This document shows, piece after piece, positions 35,036 to 44,223 of a stretch of DNA of 64,000 nucleotides (within the stretch, counting starts at the first letter, position 1; each line of letters begins with the position of its first letter). Below the pieces are notes generated by a model that did not search any database, had not been told where the DNA came from, and worked only from the letters and a program-made list of their open reading frames with translations. The translations under genes were made by a program, and so were the position numbers. This DNA comes from an uncultured Alphaproteobacteria bacterium (GTDB lineage Bacteria > Pseudomonadota > Alphaproteobacteria > Rs-D84). The stretch spans positions 418,203 through 482,202 of the forward strand of contig CAKQTG010000001.1 in assembly GCA_934276735.1 (NCBI GenBank). Direction: 5' to 3'.

Positions 35036-37894
35036 ATGAGTGGAATAATAAAAATTCGCGGTGCGCGCGAAAATAATCTTAAAAATATTGACCTGGACAT
35101 ACCAAAGAATAAATTGGTGGTCTTGACCGGCGTGTCGGGGTCAGGTAAATCGTCGCTGGCATTTAATACCATTTATGCCGAGGGGCAACGTCGTTATGTT
35201 GAATCGCTGTCATCGTATGCGCGCCAGTTCTTGGATATGCAGAAAAAGCCAGATGTTGATTTAATAGAAGGTCTGGCCCCGGCGATTTCCATTGAACAAA
35301 AGACCACGTCAAAAAATCCACGTTCAACTGTTGGAACAGTGACCGAAATTTACGATTATCTGCGTTTGTTGTGGGCGCGTGTCGGTGTGCCGCATTCGCC
35401 GGTAACAGGTCTGCCAATTAAATCCCAGACGATTGCTGAAATGGTTGATTGGACAATGAAAATCCCGGCTGCAACGCGTATTTATATCCTGGCCCCGCTG
35501 GTGCGGTCGCGCAAGGGTGAATATAAAAAAGAAATCGCATTTTTAATAAAGCAGGGTTACCAGCGTGCGATAGTTGACGGTGAGTTATATGATTTATCAT
35601 CTGTGCCGCCATTGGACAAGAATAAAAAGCACGACATATTTGTGATTGTAGACCGTCTGGCCATGCCGGCGGCGGACGCCGACAGCAATGCGATTGATGA
35701 ATTCCGCAGTCGTATGTATGCATCGTTCGAGGGCTCTTTGCGTCTGGTGCCGGGGTCGGTGCTGGTGCGTCGTCTGGACACGAACGAAGACACGTTGTAT
35801 TCCCAAAACTATGCGTGCCCGGTCAGTGGTTTTACCGTGCCGAAAATTGAACCGCGCCTGTTTTCATTTAATGCGCCATTGGGGGCATGTCCGGCGTGTG
35901 ATGGATTAGGTATGCAATTGAATATGTCGCCGGATTTGGTGATACCGGACCCGTCAAAGTCAATTCTGGACGGTGCAATTGCACCGTGGTCGCGTGGCGG
36001 AATGCTAAGCCAGTTTGAACATCTGTTGGACGCGTTACATAAAAAATACAAGATTCCGTTGTCAAAGCCGTGGCATACATTAACCGCCGAACAAAAGAAT
36101 TTAATCCTGTATGGCAGTGGCGATGACCCGATTAAAATCAACTGGAACGGGTTTGTTTATGAAAAACCGTATGAGGGCGTAATTCCAAATATTGAACGTC
36201 GTTGGCGCGAATCGGAATCCGATGCGATGAAGGCCGAACTGGCGAAATACCTGTCTGAAAAGCCGTGCCCGATGTGCCACGGCAAACGTCTGAATATCCA
36301 GGCGTTGTGTGTAAAAATCAATGGGTTTGATATTATGGACGCATGCGATTTGTCGGTGGACGATTCGCTGGCTTGGTTTACGGATTTGCCAAATCATTTG
36401 ACACAAAAAGAAAACGATATTGCGCGTATAATTTTGCGTGAAATTACGTCGCGTCTGCAATTTTTGCAGAACGTTGGTCTGGGGTATTTGACGTTGTCGC
36501 GTATGGCTGGGACCCTGTCCGGGGGCGAGGCGCAACGTATTCGTCTGGCGTCCCAGATTGGCAGTGGCCTGTCCGGTGTGCTGTATGTATTGGATGAACC
36601 GTCAATCGGCCTGCACCAGAGTGATAACGACAAATTGTTGGATACGTTGAAAATGCTGCGCGACAAGGATAATACAGTCATCGTTGTTGAACATGACGAA
36701 GACGCTATGCGGGCGGCAGATTACCTGGTTGATATTGGCCGTGGTGCAGGGGTAAATGGCGGTAATGTCGTTGTTGCCGGAACACCACAACAGGTGATGA
36801 AGTGTAAAGATTCACTGACTGCGCAGTATCTGACCGGCAAGCGCAAGATAGAGGTTCCAAAAAAACGTCGTGCCGGCAATGGCAAATCAATCACGATTAC
36901 CGGGGCGCACGAAAACAACCTGAAAAATATAGACGTTGAATTTCCGCTGGGTAAATTTATTGCACTGACGGGTGTATCAGGGTCGGGTAAATCGACACTG
37001 TTGTTAGATACGCTGTATCCGGCATTGATGCGTGCGCTGTATAATTCAAAAATTGCAATGGGGGCGCACGATATTATCCGTGGTATGGAAAACGTGGACA
37101 AGGTCGTTGATATTGACCAGTCGCCCATCGGGCGCAGCCCGCGCAGTAATCCTGCAACATATACTGGTGTATTTTCAAATATCCGTGATTTCTTTGCTGG
37201 TCTGCCCGAGGCCAAGGCTCGTGGATACACGTCTGGACGTTTTTCATTTAATGTCAAGGGCGGTCGGTGCGAGGCGTGTCAAGGCGACGGCCAGATAAAG
37301 ATTGAAATGAATTTTTTGGCAGATGTGTATGTCGAGTGTGATAAATGCCATGGTGCGCGTTATAACGAAGAAACGTTGGCAGTCAAATACAAGGGCAAAT
37401 CAATCGCAGATGTCTTGAACATGACTGTTGACGAGGCATATCATCTGTTCATCAATGTGCCCCAGATTTCACGCAAACTGGAATTATTGAAACGCGTCGG
37501 TTTGGATTATATAAAATTGGGTCAAAGTTCGCTGGATCTGTCCGGGGGCGAAGCGCAACGTATCAAACTGTCCAAAGAATTGGCCGCGCGCAGCACGGGC
37601 CAGACGATGTATATCTTGGACGAGCCAACAACTGGTCTGCATTTCGAAGATATAAAATTGTTGCTGTCGGTGCTGCACGAATTGGTTGATTCAGGAAACA
37701 CGGTTATTGTGATTGAACATAATCTGGACGTGATTAAAACTGCAGACTGGGTAATTGATCTGGGGCCGACCGGTGGGGCAGGTGGTGGCCGCGTGATTGC
37801 CGCTGGCACGCCAGAGCAGGTTGCCGCGGTTCCAGAATCGTTGACTGGAAAATATTTGCGTCGGTATCTGGACAAAACGCAAATTGGCAAATAA
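35036..37894 (+). CDS. uvrA: Excinuclease ABC subunit A
   Basis: 952 aa with two ABC ATPase modules (Walker [13 protein letters not shown] and [11 protein letters not shown]; signature LSGGEAQR twice) and Zn-finger Cys clusters. Confidence 0.95.
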   Translation: MSGIIKIRGARENNLKNIDLDIPKNKLVVLTGVSGSGKSSLAFNTIYAEGQRRYVESLSSYARQFLDMQKKPDVDLIEGLAPAISIEQKTTSKNPRSTVGTVTEIYDYLRLLWARVGVPHSPVTGLPIKSQTIAEMVDWTMKIPAATRIYILAPLVRSRKGEYKKEIAFLIKQGYQRAIVDGELYDLSSVPPLDKNKKHDIFVIVDRLAMPAADADSNAIDEFRSRMYASFEGSLRLVPGSVLVRRLDTNEDTLYSQNYACPVSGFTVPKIEPRLFSFNAPLGACPACDGLGMQLNMSPDLVIPDPSKSILDGAIAPWSRGGMLSQFEHLLDALHKKYKIPLSKPWHTLTAEQKNLILYGSGDDPIKINWNGFVYEKPYEGVIPNIERRWRESESDAMKAELAKYLSEKPCPMCHGKRLNIQALCVKINGFDIMDACDLSVDDSLAWFTDLPNHLTQKENDIARIILREITSRLQFLQNVGLGYLTLSRMAGTLSGGEAQRIRLASQIGSGLSGVLYVLDEPSIGLHQSDNDKLLDTLKMLRDKDNTVIVVEHDEDAMRAADYLVDIGRGAGVNGGNVVVAGTPQQVMKCKDSLTAQYLTGKRKIEVPKKRRAGNGKSITITGAHENNLKNIDVEFPLGKFIALTGVSGSGKSTLLLDTLYPALMRALYNSKIAMGAHDIIRGMENVDKVVDIDQSPIGRSPRSNPATYTGVFSNIRDFFAGLPEAKARGYTSGRFSFNVKGGRCEACQGDGQIKIEMNFLADVYVECDKCHGARYNEETLAVKYKGKSIADVLNMTVDEAYHLFINVPQISRKLELLKRVGLDYIKLGQSSLDLSGGEAQRIKLSKELAARSTGQTMYILDEPTTGLHFEDIKLLLSVLHELVDSGNTVIVIEHNLDVIKTADWVIDLGPTGGAGGGRVIAAGTPEQVAAVPESLTGKYLRRYLDKTQIGK

Positions 37895-37922
37895 TATATA
37901 AATAAAACATAAGGAGTGAAAA

Positions 37923-38423
37923 ATGTTCGGCTTTGGCAAAAAGAAACAAGAAACAGTTAAAACAGACAACGCCACACTTAGCGAGAAAGAATTAAAACAG
38001 ATGGAAGAAAAAATGCCATCTGGGATGAAGGAAACTGCCCAACGTATGATGTCAGGTCAGTTTGACATGAACGACATGTTGGCCCAGTTAAAACAGATTA
38101 AAAAGATGAGCAATTTCAGTGGGCTGTTAAAAATGGTGCCGGGTATGTCGGGTGCGGTTGCCGCGATGAAGGAAAAAATTAAAGATGGCAGTGTTGAAGC
38201 CCAGATAAAGATACTGGAGGCGATGACCCCCGCCGAACGTGCGGAACCAGATAAAGTGTTTGCCAATGCCAAGGCTCGCATTGCCGAAACCGCGGGCTGC
38301 ACGGTGCGTGATGTTGAACATATTATCAAACAATATAACAAAATGCGCCAACAGATGGCGATGGTGCAACGCATGGGCGGAATGGAAGCCATTATGGAAC
38401 GCATGAAAAAACAAGGTAACTAA
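37923..38423 (+). CDS. Stand-alone SRP54/Ffh M-domain protein (166 aa). There is no NG GTPase domain.
   Basis: FDMNDMLAQLKQIKKMSNFSGLLKMVPGMSG … AMTPAERAEPDKVFANAKARIAETAGCTVRDVEHIIKQYNKMRQQMAMVQRMGG aligns with the E. coli Ffh M-domain (FDLNDFLEQLRQMKNMGGMASLMGKLPGMG … [48 protein letters not shown]). Strong RBS aaggagtgaaaaATG. It is 28 bp after the uvrA stop, so no upstream NG domain is possible. Confidence 0.7.
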   Translation: MFGFGKKKQETVKTDNATLSEKELKQMEEKMPSGMKETAQRMMSGQFDMNDMLAQLKQIKKMSNFSGLLKMVPGMSGAVAAMKEKIKDGSVEAQIKILEAMTPAERAEPDKVFANAKARIAETAGCTVRDVEHIIKQYNKMRQQMAMVQRMGGMEAIMERMKKQGN

Positions 38424-38427
38424 GGCA

Positions 38428-38685
38428 ATGAAAGTAAAACTGACAAAACTGTTTAATTGGGATATTAAAAACGTATATCCTGTCCGTGTCACGATGAAAG
38501 ATGGCGCGATTGATGCGTATACGGTCACTGTTGAATATGTATATCATGGACGGCGTGATATCGTGATACGACCGTCAGATGCGGGGTCTTATCGTCTGTA
38601 TCCTGATGCGCGGGCGGCCGCAGCGGCTGTGTATTCTGATTACTGGGAATTGATGCGTCGCCAGCGTACGTCCCGCCAACAGTAA
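38428..38685 (+). CDS. Small hypothetical protein (85 aa)
   Basis: ATG 5 bp after the Ffh-M stop with a weak aagg RBS. No known motif. Confidence 0.4.
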   Translation: MKVKLTKLFNWDIKNVYPVRVTMKDGAIDAYTVTVEYVYHGRRDIVIRPSDAGSYRLYPDARAAAAAVYSDYWELMRRQRTSRQQ

Positions 38686-38774
38686 CTAAATGAAAATACT
38701 GGATAAAAAATTCTGCACTCGCCATATGACTGTTGCTGGCGCAACACGCACAGGCTCTGCGGAATGACAATAAA

Positions 38775-39434
38775 ATGAAAATACTGAATAAAAAAATTGC
38801 AGCACATAAATCATCGGTCGCGTGGTTGCAACGCCAGGCAGCGGATCCATATGTTGCGCGTGCCCATCGTGATGGCTATCGTGCGCGGGCAGCGTATAAA
38901 TTGATTGAAATGGACGAAAAATTTCATTTCTTGAAAAATGGTCAGATTGTTGTTGACTTGGGGGCGGCACCGGGCTCGTGGACACAATACGTGGTGCGTC
39001 AGTATCCGCGTTCGCGTGTGTTTGCAATGGATTTACTGGAAATAGCACCGATTCCAGGTGTTGAATTTTATCAGGGCGATTTTACAACCGATGCTGCGCT
39101 GGGGTGGCTGGTGGACAAGTTGAATTTGCCAGATGATGCAGTGGGTCACGGCACGGTTGACGTTGTATTATCTGATATGGCACCGAACACTGTGGGGCAT
39201 AAAAAGACCGACCATTTGCGCCAGATGGTGTTGCTGGAATACGCATTTGATTTTGCGTTGCGTGCATTAAAACCGGGTGGGACATTTGTCGCCAAATCGT
39301 TCACTGGTGGCACAACCGGCGAATTGATAAAACAGATAAAGGCTAAATTTGATACGGTGCATCATATAAAACCGCCTGCCTCGCGCAAGGACAGCGTTGA
39401 AATGTTTGTCGTTGCGATGGGATATCGTGGATAA
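38775..39434 (+). CDS. rlmE: 23S rRNA (uridine2552-2'-O)-methyltransferase RlmE/FtsJ
   Basis: …DPYVARAHRDGYRARAAYKLIEMDEKFHFLKNGQIVVDLGAAPGSWTQYVV… shows the SAM-binding motif and catalytic K-D-K-E context. Start moved to ATG 38775 (MKILNKK). Confidence 0.85.
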   Translation: MKILNKKIAAHKSSVAWLQRQAADPYVARAHRDGYRARAAYKLIEMDEKFHFLKNGQIVVDLGAAPGSWTQYVVRQYPRSRVFAMDLLEIAPIPGVEFYQGDFTTDAALGWLVDKLNLPDDAVGHGTVDVVLSDMAPNTVGHKKTDHLRQMVLLEYAFDFALRALKPGGTFVAKSFTGGTTGELIKQIKAKFDTVHHIKPPASRKDSVEMFVVAMGYRG

Positions 39435-39436
39435 AA

Positions 39437-39462
39437 ATGCCCCGCCGGGGCATTTTTTATTA
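39437..39462 (+). terminator. Rho-independent terminator (aaaatgccccgccggggcatttttt)
   Basis: Hairpin plus T-run after rlmE. Confidence 0.7.
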
Positions 39463-40200
39463 GAGAGCATCCGTCTCCGCTGCGCTCCGTCGCGATAAAG
39501 AGAGCAGAGAGCAATGAAGCGCGCCGATGGCGGACACTCCTTATTTGTCATTCCCGCGTAGGCGGGAATAGGGACTATACAGTGCGAGCGAACGCGAGCC
39601 ATGTCCGAGCAATTGCGGATTTTATTATTGGTGACTAATCACTCAATTGTGACGTGCCAAGGGAACACAATGGATACCGGCCAGGCACCACCCACGAAAT
39701 TTATCAATTTCGCGGGGCCCGGACGGCCGGTATGACGGTGGTGTGTGGTTTGGGTGCTAATTTTTACGTATATTGTGCAACAATGAGCAAAAGTAATTTC
39801 TTAGTCCCTATTCCTGCCTTTGCCCACCCACAAAATCTTGCGATTTTGCGGGACCCGGAGCAGGAATGACAATAAGCACGCACTGTGTGTGACATTATTA
39901 CCTGGATCCTGGGGTCAAGCCCCAGGATGACAAGAGTAAAAATGTGCTAAGTTCCCCTCCGGTGGAGGGGTGGCACGCAGTGCCGGGGTGGTCTTGAGAG
40001 CCCGTAATGTTGAACAAGTGTAAAATACAAAAGACCACCTCCCCGCTGCGCGGGACTCCTCCATGGAACCACCCACAAAATTTGACAATTTCGCGGGGCC
40101 CGGAGGAGGAGAACTTAGTCCGCGACGGAAACGAAACAAAGTTCCCCTCTGGCCAGAGGGGAACTTTAATTTTATCACTCTATCACTTACTCACTAAAAA
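39463..40200. repeat. Mosaic intergenic repeat array (~740 bp) between rlmE and the dsbA-like gene, using modules M1-M6
   Basis: agagagcatccgtctccgctgcgctccgtcgcgataaagagagcagagagcaatgaagcgcgcc is identical to 45209-45275. Other module copies: cattcctgcgcaggcaggaatagggactatacagtgcgagcg, ggataccggccaggcacc, ccacccacgaaatttatcaatttcgcggggcccgg, ttgtgcaacaatgagcaaaagtaatttcttagtccctattcctgcc, cctggatcctggggtcaagccccaggatgacaagagtaaaaa, gttcccctccggtggagggg, gttcccctctggccagaggggaac. Confidence 0.85.
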
Positions 40201-40228
40201 AAACGGGGCGGGGCCCCGTTTTTTTATT
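40198..40228 (-). terminator. Terminator for the dsbA-like gene (aaaaaacggggcggggccccgttttttt)
   Basis: Hairpin flanked by A/T runs, immediately 3' of the minus-strand CDS. Confidence 0.65.
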
Positions 40229-41048
40229 TTTCCAATGCCCGGATAATCTGGTCATATGGAATTGCACCTGGGAATGCCTGTTCCTGGACAATCAAGAACG
40301 GTGTGCCGCTGATTTCAAACTGTTGTGCCAAATCACGAACGTTTGCCATTTCACGGGCAACAACCTCGCCATTCATGTCTTTCTTTAATTGAGTGGTGTC
40401 CAGACCTGCTTCTTCGGCCATTTTCAGCACGTTCTTTTCAACCTTTTCGGCGATTTTAGACTGGTCTTTCAAATCGTCCTGGGTATAGAATTCACGTGTC
40501 ATCATCATGTCAACCAATTTTGCGGCCTTTTCTGGGCTCTGCAATTTTGCAGCAATCGCGGCCTTGGCTGGGGCATCAGATAATGCGCCATGGATAGAGA
40601 AGTTTTTAACAACAACGCGGACGTCATTGCGGGCCTTTAATACACGGTCCAGTTCACCGTGAACACGGCGGCAGTATGGGCAGCTGAAGTCTGTCCAGAT
40701 GTAGATTGTCTTTTTCGCATCCTGGGCACCCAAAATCGGGGCATCAGCAATCATTGTGTCGGCGTGATCGCGAACAAATGTGCGAACGGCCTTGTTCTTT
40801 TCAGCGTTCAGCTGTTCCTGGGCACCGTTGGCCATCTGTTGGATAATCAGCGGATTGACCGATGTCAGGTAATATGGAACATACAAGCGGCAAACGCTGC
40901 CTGCGACCAAGATGATGGCAAAAACCTTTGTTGCTTTCTTTGCCAATTTCAAACCAGCACTGGATTCGTTACCGATATGGGCCAGCAACATGCCGCCAAA
41001 CATATACAGCGCAATACCCAGAACCAGAACCAAGATTGTCCAAGTCAT
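40224..41048 (-). CDS. DsbA-family thiol:disulfide interchange protein with N-terminal membrane anchor
   Basis: Thioredoxin-fold CxxC active site (FSCPYCRR). N-terminal TM helix. RBS aaggag. Confidence 0.75.
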   Translation of the reverse strand: MTWTILVLVLGIALYMFGGMLLAHIGNESSAGLKLAKKATKVFAIILVAGSVCRLYVPYYLTSVNPLIIQQMANGAQEQLNAEKNKAVRTFVRDHADTMIADAPILGAQDAKKTIYIWTDFSCPYCRRVHGELDRVLKARNDVRVVVKNFSIHGALSDAPAKAAIAAKLQSPEKAAKLVDMMMTREFYTQDDLKDQSKIAEKVEKNVLKMAEEAGLDTTQLKKDMNGEVVAREMANVRDLAQQFEISGTPFLIVQEQAFPGAIPYDQIIRALEK

Positions 41049-41126
41049 GTTTTTTCTCCTTTTGTATTGAACACAGATACCATAGAAAAAATTTATTAAA
41101 TTCGCAAGGAATAAATATGTATTTTT

Positions 41127-41789
41127 TTACGCGTCGGTGCGCCCGCCCAGGCGTCGCCGCGATGGCGGTAATGTTGCGCCTTGGTCAGCACAAATCACGT
41201 CTAAAAATCGCGCCGTCACGCCCAACGTCAGCGGTAATTCATACAGTCGCCCGATATACGGCGCAGCACAATTGTCGCACACGGCGCGGCCTGTGCGTGG
41301 CGACAGGTAATTCAGATTTGTTCGCGCCCCGCATCCGGAACAGTGTGATAAATCCAACGCGTATCCTAAATCACGTAACAGGGCGATTTCCCAATTCAAA
41401 TATGCCATCGCTGCATCAGGGCCGGCCAGTCCGTCCAACAAATCTATGGTTGCGTCATACAGGGTGGGATACGCCTCGCGTTCGGGCAACAATGTTGCGA
41501 CCAGGTCAAACGCACTGTTCAATAGTGCCAATCGCGCCCCAGACATCATAATCGGCGCGGCCATATTGCGTGACGATTCCCAATGAAATGTCCCCAATTG
41601 CGATTCCAGTCGCGCGTTCCACGCCATTGCCCCAATTTGCCCAACCAGTGGGCGATTTGTGCGCGCAACCGTCGCCCCGCGCAAGACGCCACACATCACG
41701 CCAAAATCACGCGTAAATATGCGCGCAACCGAATCGCGTTCGCCCATCGGCCGCATGCCAATTAAAATCCCGACTGATTCCAATTTCAT
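41127..41789 (-). CDS. recO: DNA repair protein RecO
   Basis: N-terminal OB fold (MKLESVGILIGMRPMGERDSVARIFTRDFGVMCGVLRGA) and the C-terminal CxxC…CxxC zinc motif (CSGCGA…CDNC). Confidence 0.8.
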   Translation of the reverse strand: MKLESVGILIGMRPMGERDSVARIFTRDFGVMCGVLRGATVARTNRPLVGQIGAMAWNARLESQLGTFHWESSRNMAAPIMMSGARLALLNSAFDLVATLLPEREAYPTLYDATIDLLDGLAGPDAAMAYLNWEIALLRDLGYALDLSHCSGCGARTNLNYLSPRTGRAVCDNCAAPYIGRLYELPLTLGVTARFLDVICADQGATLPPSRRRLGGRTDA

Positions 41790-41825
41790 GATTTGGATTA
41801 TAATCCCGTGAAATATTTTTCAAAA

Positions 41826-41852
41826 TAAAAAAACGCCCCGTGGGGCGTTTTT
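41826..41852 (-). terminator. Terminator (aaaaaacgccccgtggggcgttttt) after the MotB-like gene
   Basis: Hairpin plus T-run. Confidence 0.65.
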
Positions 41853-41854
41853 AT

Positions 41855-42967
41855 TTAACGGTTGGTCAACTGTAACTCAATACGACGATTCTTTTGCAGG
41901 CTGGCCGCGTCGTTGCCCAGTTCAACCGGATGCATATCGCCGAATCCGCTGGGGACCAAGCGGCGTTTTGACACGCCGTCGTTCGCCAATTCGTTTGCCA
42001 CCGCCGTCGCACGCAACAGTGATAATTCTGTATTGTTTTTGTATCCGCGTGTGCCGGGAACAACAGGCTTTTTATCCGTGTGGCCATCAACGCGAATAAT
42101 CCAATTTACATCAGACGGAATTTTGTTTTCCAAATCCTTTATCACGTTCGCAATCAGGCGCAGTTGATTTTTCCCTTCAGGCGACAGGGTGTATGAACCG
42201 CTGCTGAATAAAATGTCGCTGGACACGATAAAGCGGTCGCCGTCCGGTTGCACTGTTGTGCGGTCGCCCAGGGCGTCCTTTATCGCGCGGTAAAATGCCG
42301 ATTGATATTGTGAAACTTTGTTCAATTCGGCGACTTTGTCCGCCAAGGCCTTGTTCAAGCGTGCCGACATTTCAACATACTGGATTTCCTGGGCGTGCGA
42401 CTTTTCTTCGGCTGCATCCAGTGCCGATTGCAGTTTTGCCAACTGGTCCGACAATTCTGCACGTTGGGCGTCCATCTGGGTTTGTAATTCGCGCCGCTGT
42501 TGTTCTAATTCGGCGGTTTTTGCCTTGTCCAATTTGGCCTGGCTTAATTGCTGGGACAATTCGGCAACGCGCGCCGATAAATCGGTGCCCTGGGATTGCA
42601 ATTGGGCGACCTTGGCCTCGTAATCGGCAATCAGTTCGTTCATACTGGTATCAACCGCTGCCAATTCAGATGTCAATTTCGTGTTGTTTGATTCCAGGTT
42701 TTCCAATTGCGCACGCGCCAATACCAACAGACGCTTGGCCTCTTGCTCGTCCGCGGTCATTTGTTGGATTTGTTGCGCCTGATCGGCGTTCGCCTGTTTC
42801 AAGTCGGCAACTGTTTTGGCACCGGTCTTGGTGTTAAATACACTGGTTGTGGTCCACAGGAATACAAACACAATCAGCAAAAATATCAATATGATAACCA
42901 GGTTCGAAAACAGATCAACGAACCCCGGCCATGTATTTGTTCTGTCGCGAAAACGAATATTTAGCAT
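41855..42967 (-). CDS. MotB-like stator B subunit. N-terminal TM helix with conserved Asp, a ~190-aa Q/A/E/L-rich coiled coil, and a C-terminal OmpA-type peptidoglycan-binding domain.
   Basis: Start moved to ATG 42967 (MLNIRFRDRTNTWPGFVDLFSNLVIILIFLL; RBS gagaggaaaag). The C-terminus carries the OmpA/MotB motif (…NWIIRVDGHTDKKPV…NTELSLLRATAVANEL…). The long coiled coil is atypical for MotB. Confidence 0.7.
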   Translation of the reverse strand: MLNIRFRDRTNTWPGFVDLFSNLVIILIFLLIVFVFLWTTTSVFNTKTGAKTVADLKQANADQAQQIQQMTADEQEAKRLLVLARAQLENLESNNTKLTSELAAVDTSMNELIADYEAKVAQLQSQGTDLSARVAELSQQLSQAKLDKAKTAELEQQRRELQTQMDAQRAELSDQLAKLQSALDAAEEKSHAQEIQYVEMSARLNKALADKVAELNKVSQYQSAFYRAIKDALGDRTTVQPDGDRFIVSSDILFSSGSYTLSPEGKNQLRLIANVIKDLENKIPSDVNWIIRVDGHTDKKPVVPGTRGYKNNTELSLLRATAVANELANDGVSKRRLVPSGFGDMHPVELGNDAASLQKNRRIELQLTNR

Positions 42968-43001
42968 GATTTCTTTTCCTCTCTCTCGGTATGTCCTGGG
43001 C

Positions 43002-43706
43002 TTATTTATTGTCCAATTCACAATCCGGGGCGTTTGCCACATGGGTGTGTGCCGCCAGATAATCTTCCAGTTCACGGAATATCGCATTCTGGGCCAATTG
43101 CACTTGGAGTCCCAAGAACCCGACAATCAAACTGCCCCCCAGGCCCATCATCGAACTGGTAAAGGCGGTTGCCATACCAGCCAACGGTTTTGCCAGACCC
43201 GTCTGCATTGCGGTCAAAACCGCATCGTCGGCAAAATTCAGTCCGCCAATCAAATTGGCAAAACCACCAACGGTCATAATCAGACCCCAAAATGTTCCCA
43301 ACAATCCTAAAAATACCAATGTATTACCAATATATCGGATAGATTCACGGGCATCTTCGAAACGCAACTGTATTAAATCCAGCATGTCGTGCAGTGACGA
43401 TGCCGAAATCCGCGTCGGTCGCGACCGCAACAACAATGCCACCGGTCGCAATAACATCGGGGGCAGGGCACCTGTGCGCCGACCCATTAAATACCCGCGC
43501 AACCAGCGATATTCGGGCAGCAATCTGAACATATGGACAAATGTCAGTCCAATTCCAAACAGCGCGGTGCCAATAATTACACCGTTCAGATATATATTTG
43601 CGACCGCAATCTGCATAAACCGGTCATAGAACAAAATCAGTCCCACTGCCAATAACGCGGTCATCAATGCCATACGATTCAATGTTCTGTGAAACTGGTT
43701 TGTCAT
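43002..43706 (-). CDS. MotA/TolQ/ExbB-family proton-channel A subunit (234 aa, TolQ/ExbB-sized)
   Basis: Three or four TM helices with the conserved C-terminal TM segment (…GLAKPLAGMATAFTSSMMGLGGSLIVGFLGLQ…). It lies 35 bp upstream of the MotB-like gene on the same strand. Confidence 0.7.
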   Translation of the reverse strand: MTNQFHRTLNRMALMTALLAVGLILFYDRFMQIAVANIYLNGVIIGTALFGIGLTFVHMFRLLPEYRWLRGYLMGRRTGALPPMLLRPVALLLRSRPTRISASSLHDMLDLIQLRFEDARESIRYIGNTLVFLGLLGTFWGLIMTVGGFANLIGGLNFADDAVLTAMQTGLAKPLAGMATAFTSSMMGLGGSLIVGFLGLQVQLAQNAIFRELEDYLAAHTHVANAPDCELDNK

Positions 43707-43884
43707 ATAATCTCTCTTGCTATTCAGACCAATGATAGTAAATTTTATAAAATCGTGTCAATAGGGATTATTCATATAAAAACGAGTGGAAAAATTACTT
43801 GATTTTATTAAAAAAATCGGCATAATTGGCGATGTCCTGCTGGCACATGGGGTGTCGGCTGATTAAACCATAGGAAAAATATAA

Positions 43885-44223
43885 ATGGCTTACTATGAAA
43901 GCGTCTTGGTTTTCCGCCAGGACTTGACCGAACCGCAGGTCAAAGAAAAAGCGGCAAAATACACCGAAATTATCAAGGAACTGGGCGGTGATGTTAAATC
44001 CACAGAATTCTGGGGTTTAAAGAATCTGGCCTATGTTATCCGCAAAAATCGCAAAGCACATTATGTTATGCTGAACGTTGAATTGCCTGGGGCCCAGGTT
44101 GCAGAACTGGAACGTCGTGCGCGTATTGACGAAGACGTGATTCGTTTCTTGAACGTTCGCGTTGACGAATTGGCAAAACAACCATCGGTCATGATGAAAA
44201 AAAATAACGAAGAGGCAGAATAA
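43885..44223 (+). CDS. rpsF: 30S ribosomal protein S6
   Basis: [21 protein letters not shown]…; canonical S6, in the rpsF-rpsR-rplI order. Confidence 0.9.
   Translation: MAYYESVLVFRQDLTEPQVKEKAAKYTEIIKELGGDVKSTEFWGLKNLAYVIRKNRKAHYVMLNVELPGAQVAELERRARIDEDVIRFLNVRVDELAKQPSVMMKKNNEEAE

Noticed and set aside
39267-39602. ORFs of 60-240 aa lying entirely in the repeat arrays (e.g. 39267-39602, 39915-40178, 53221-53583, 53705-54144, 54549-54950, 54830-55225, 62290-63003, 62528-62956, 63667-63924)
   Set aside because: They are composed of the recurring palindromic modules. They overlap one another in several frames and strands, lack RBSs, and their 'proteins' are low-complexity translations of the repeats (e.g. 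ALCSLYRDGAQRRRML recurs because M1 recurs).
41855-43706. Zorya (ZorAB) anti-phage system
   Set aside because: The MotA-like subunit lacks the long C-terminal tail of ZorA, and no zorC/zorD-like genes follow. The pair is more parsimoniously an atypical stator, but the possibility is left open in the findings.
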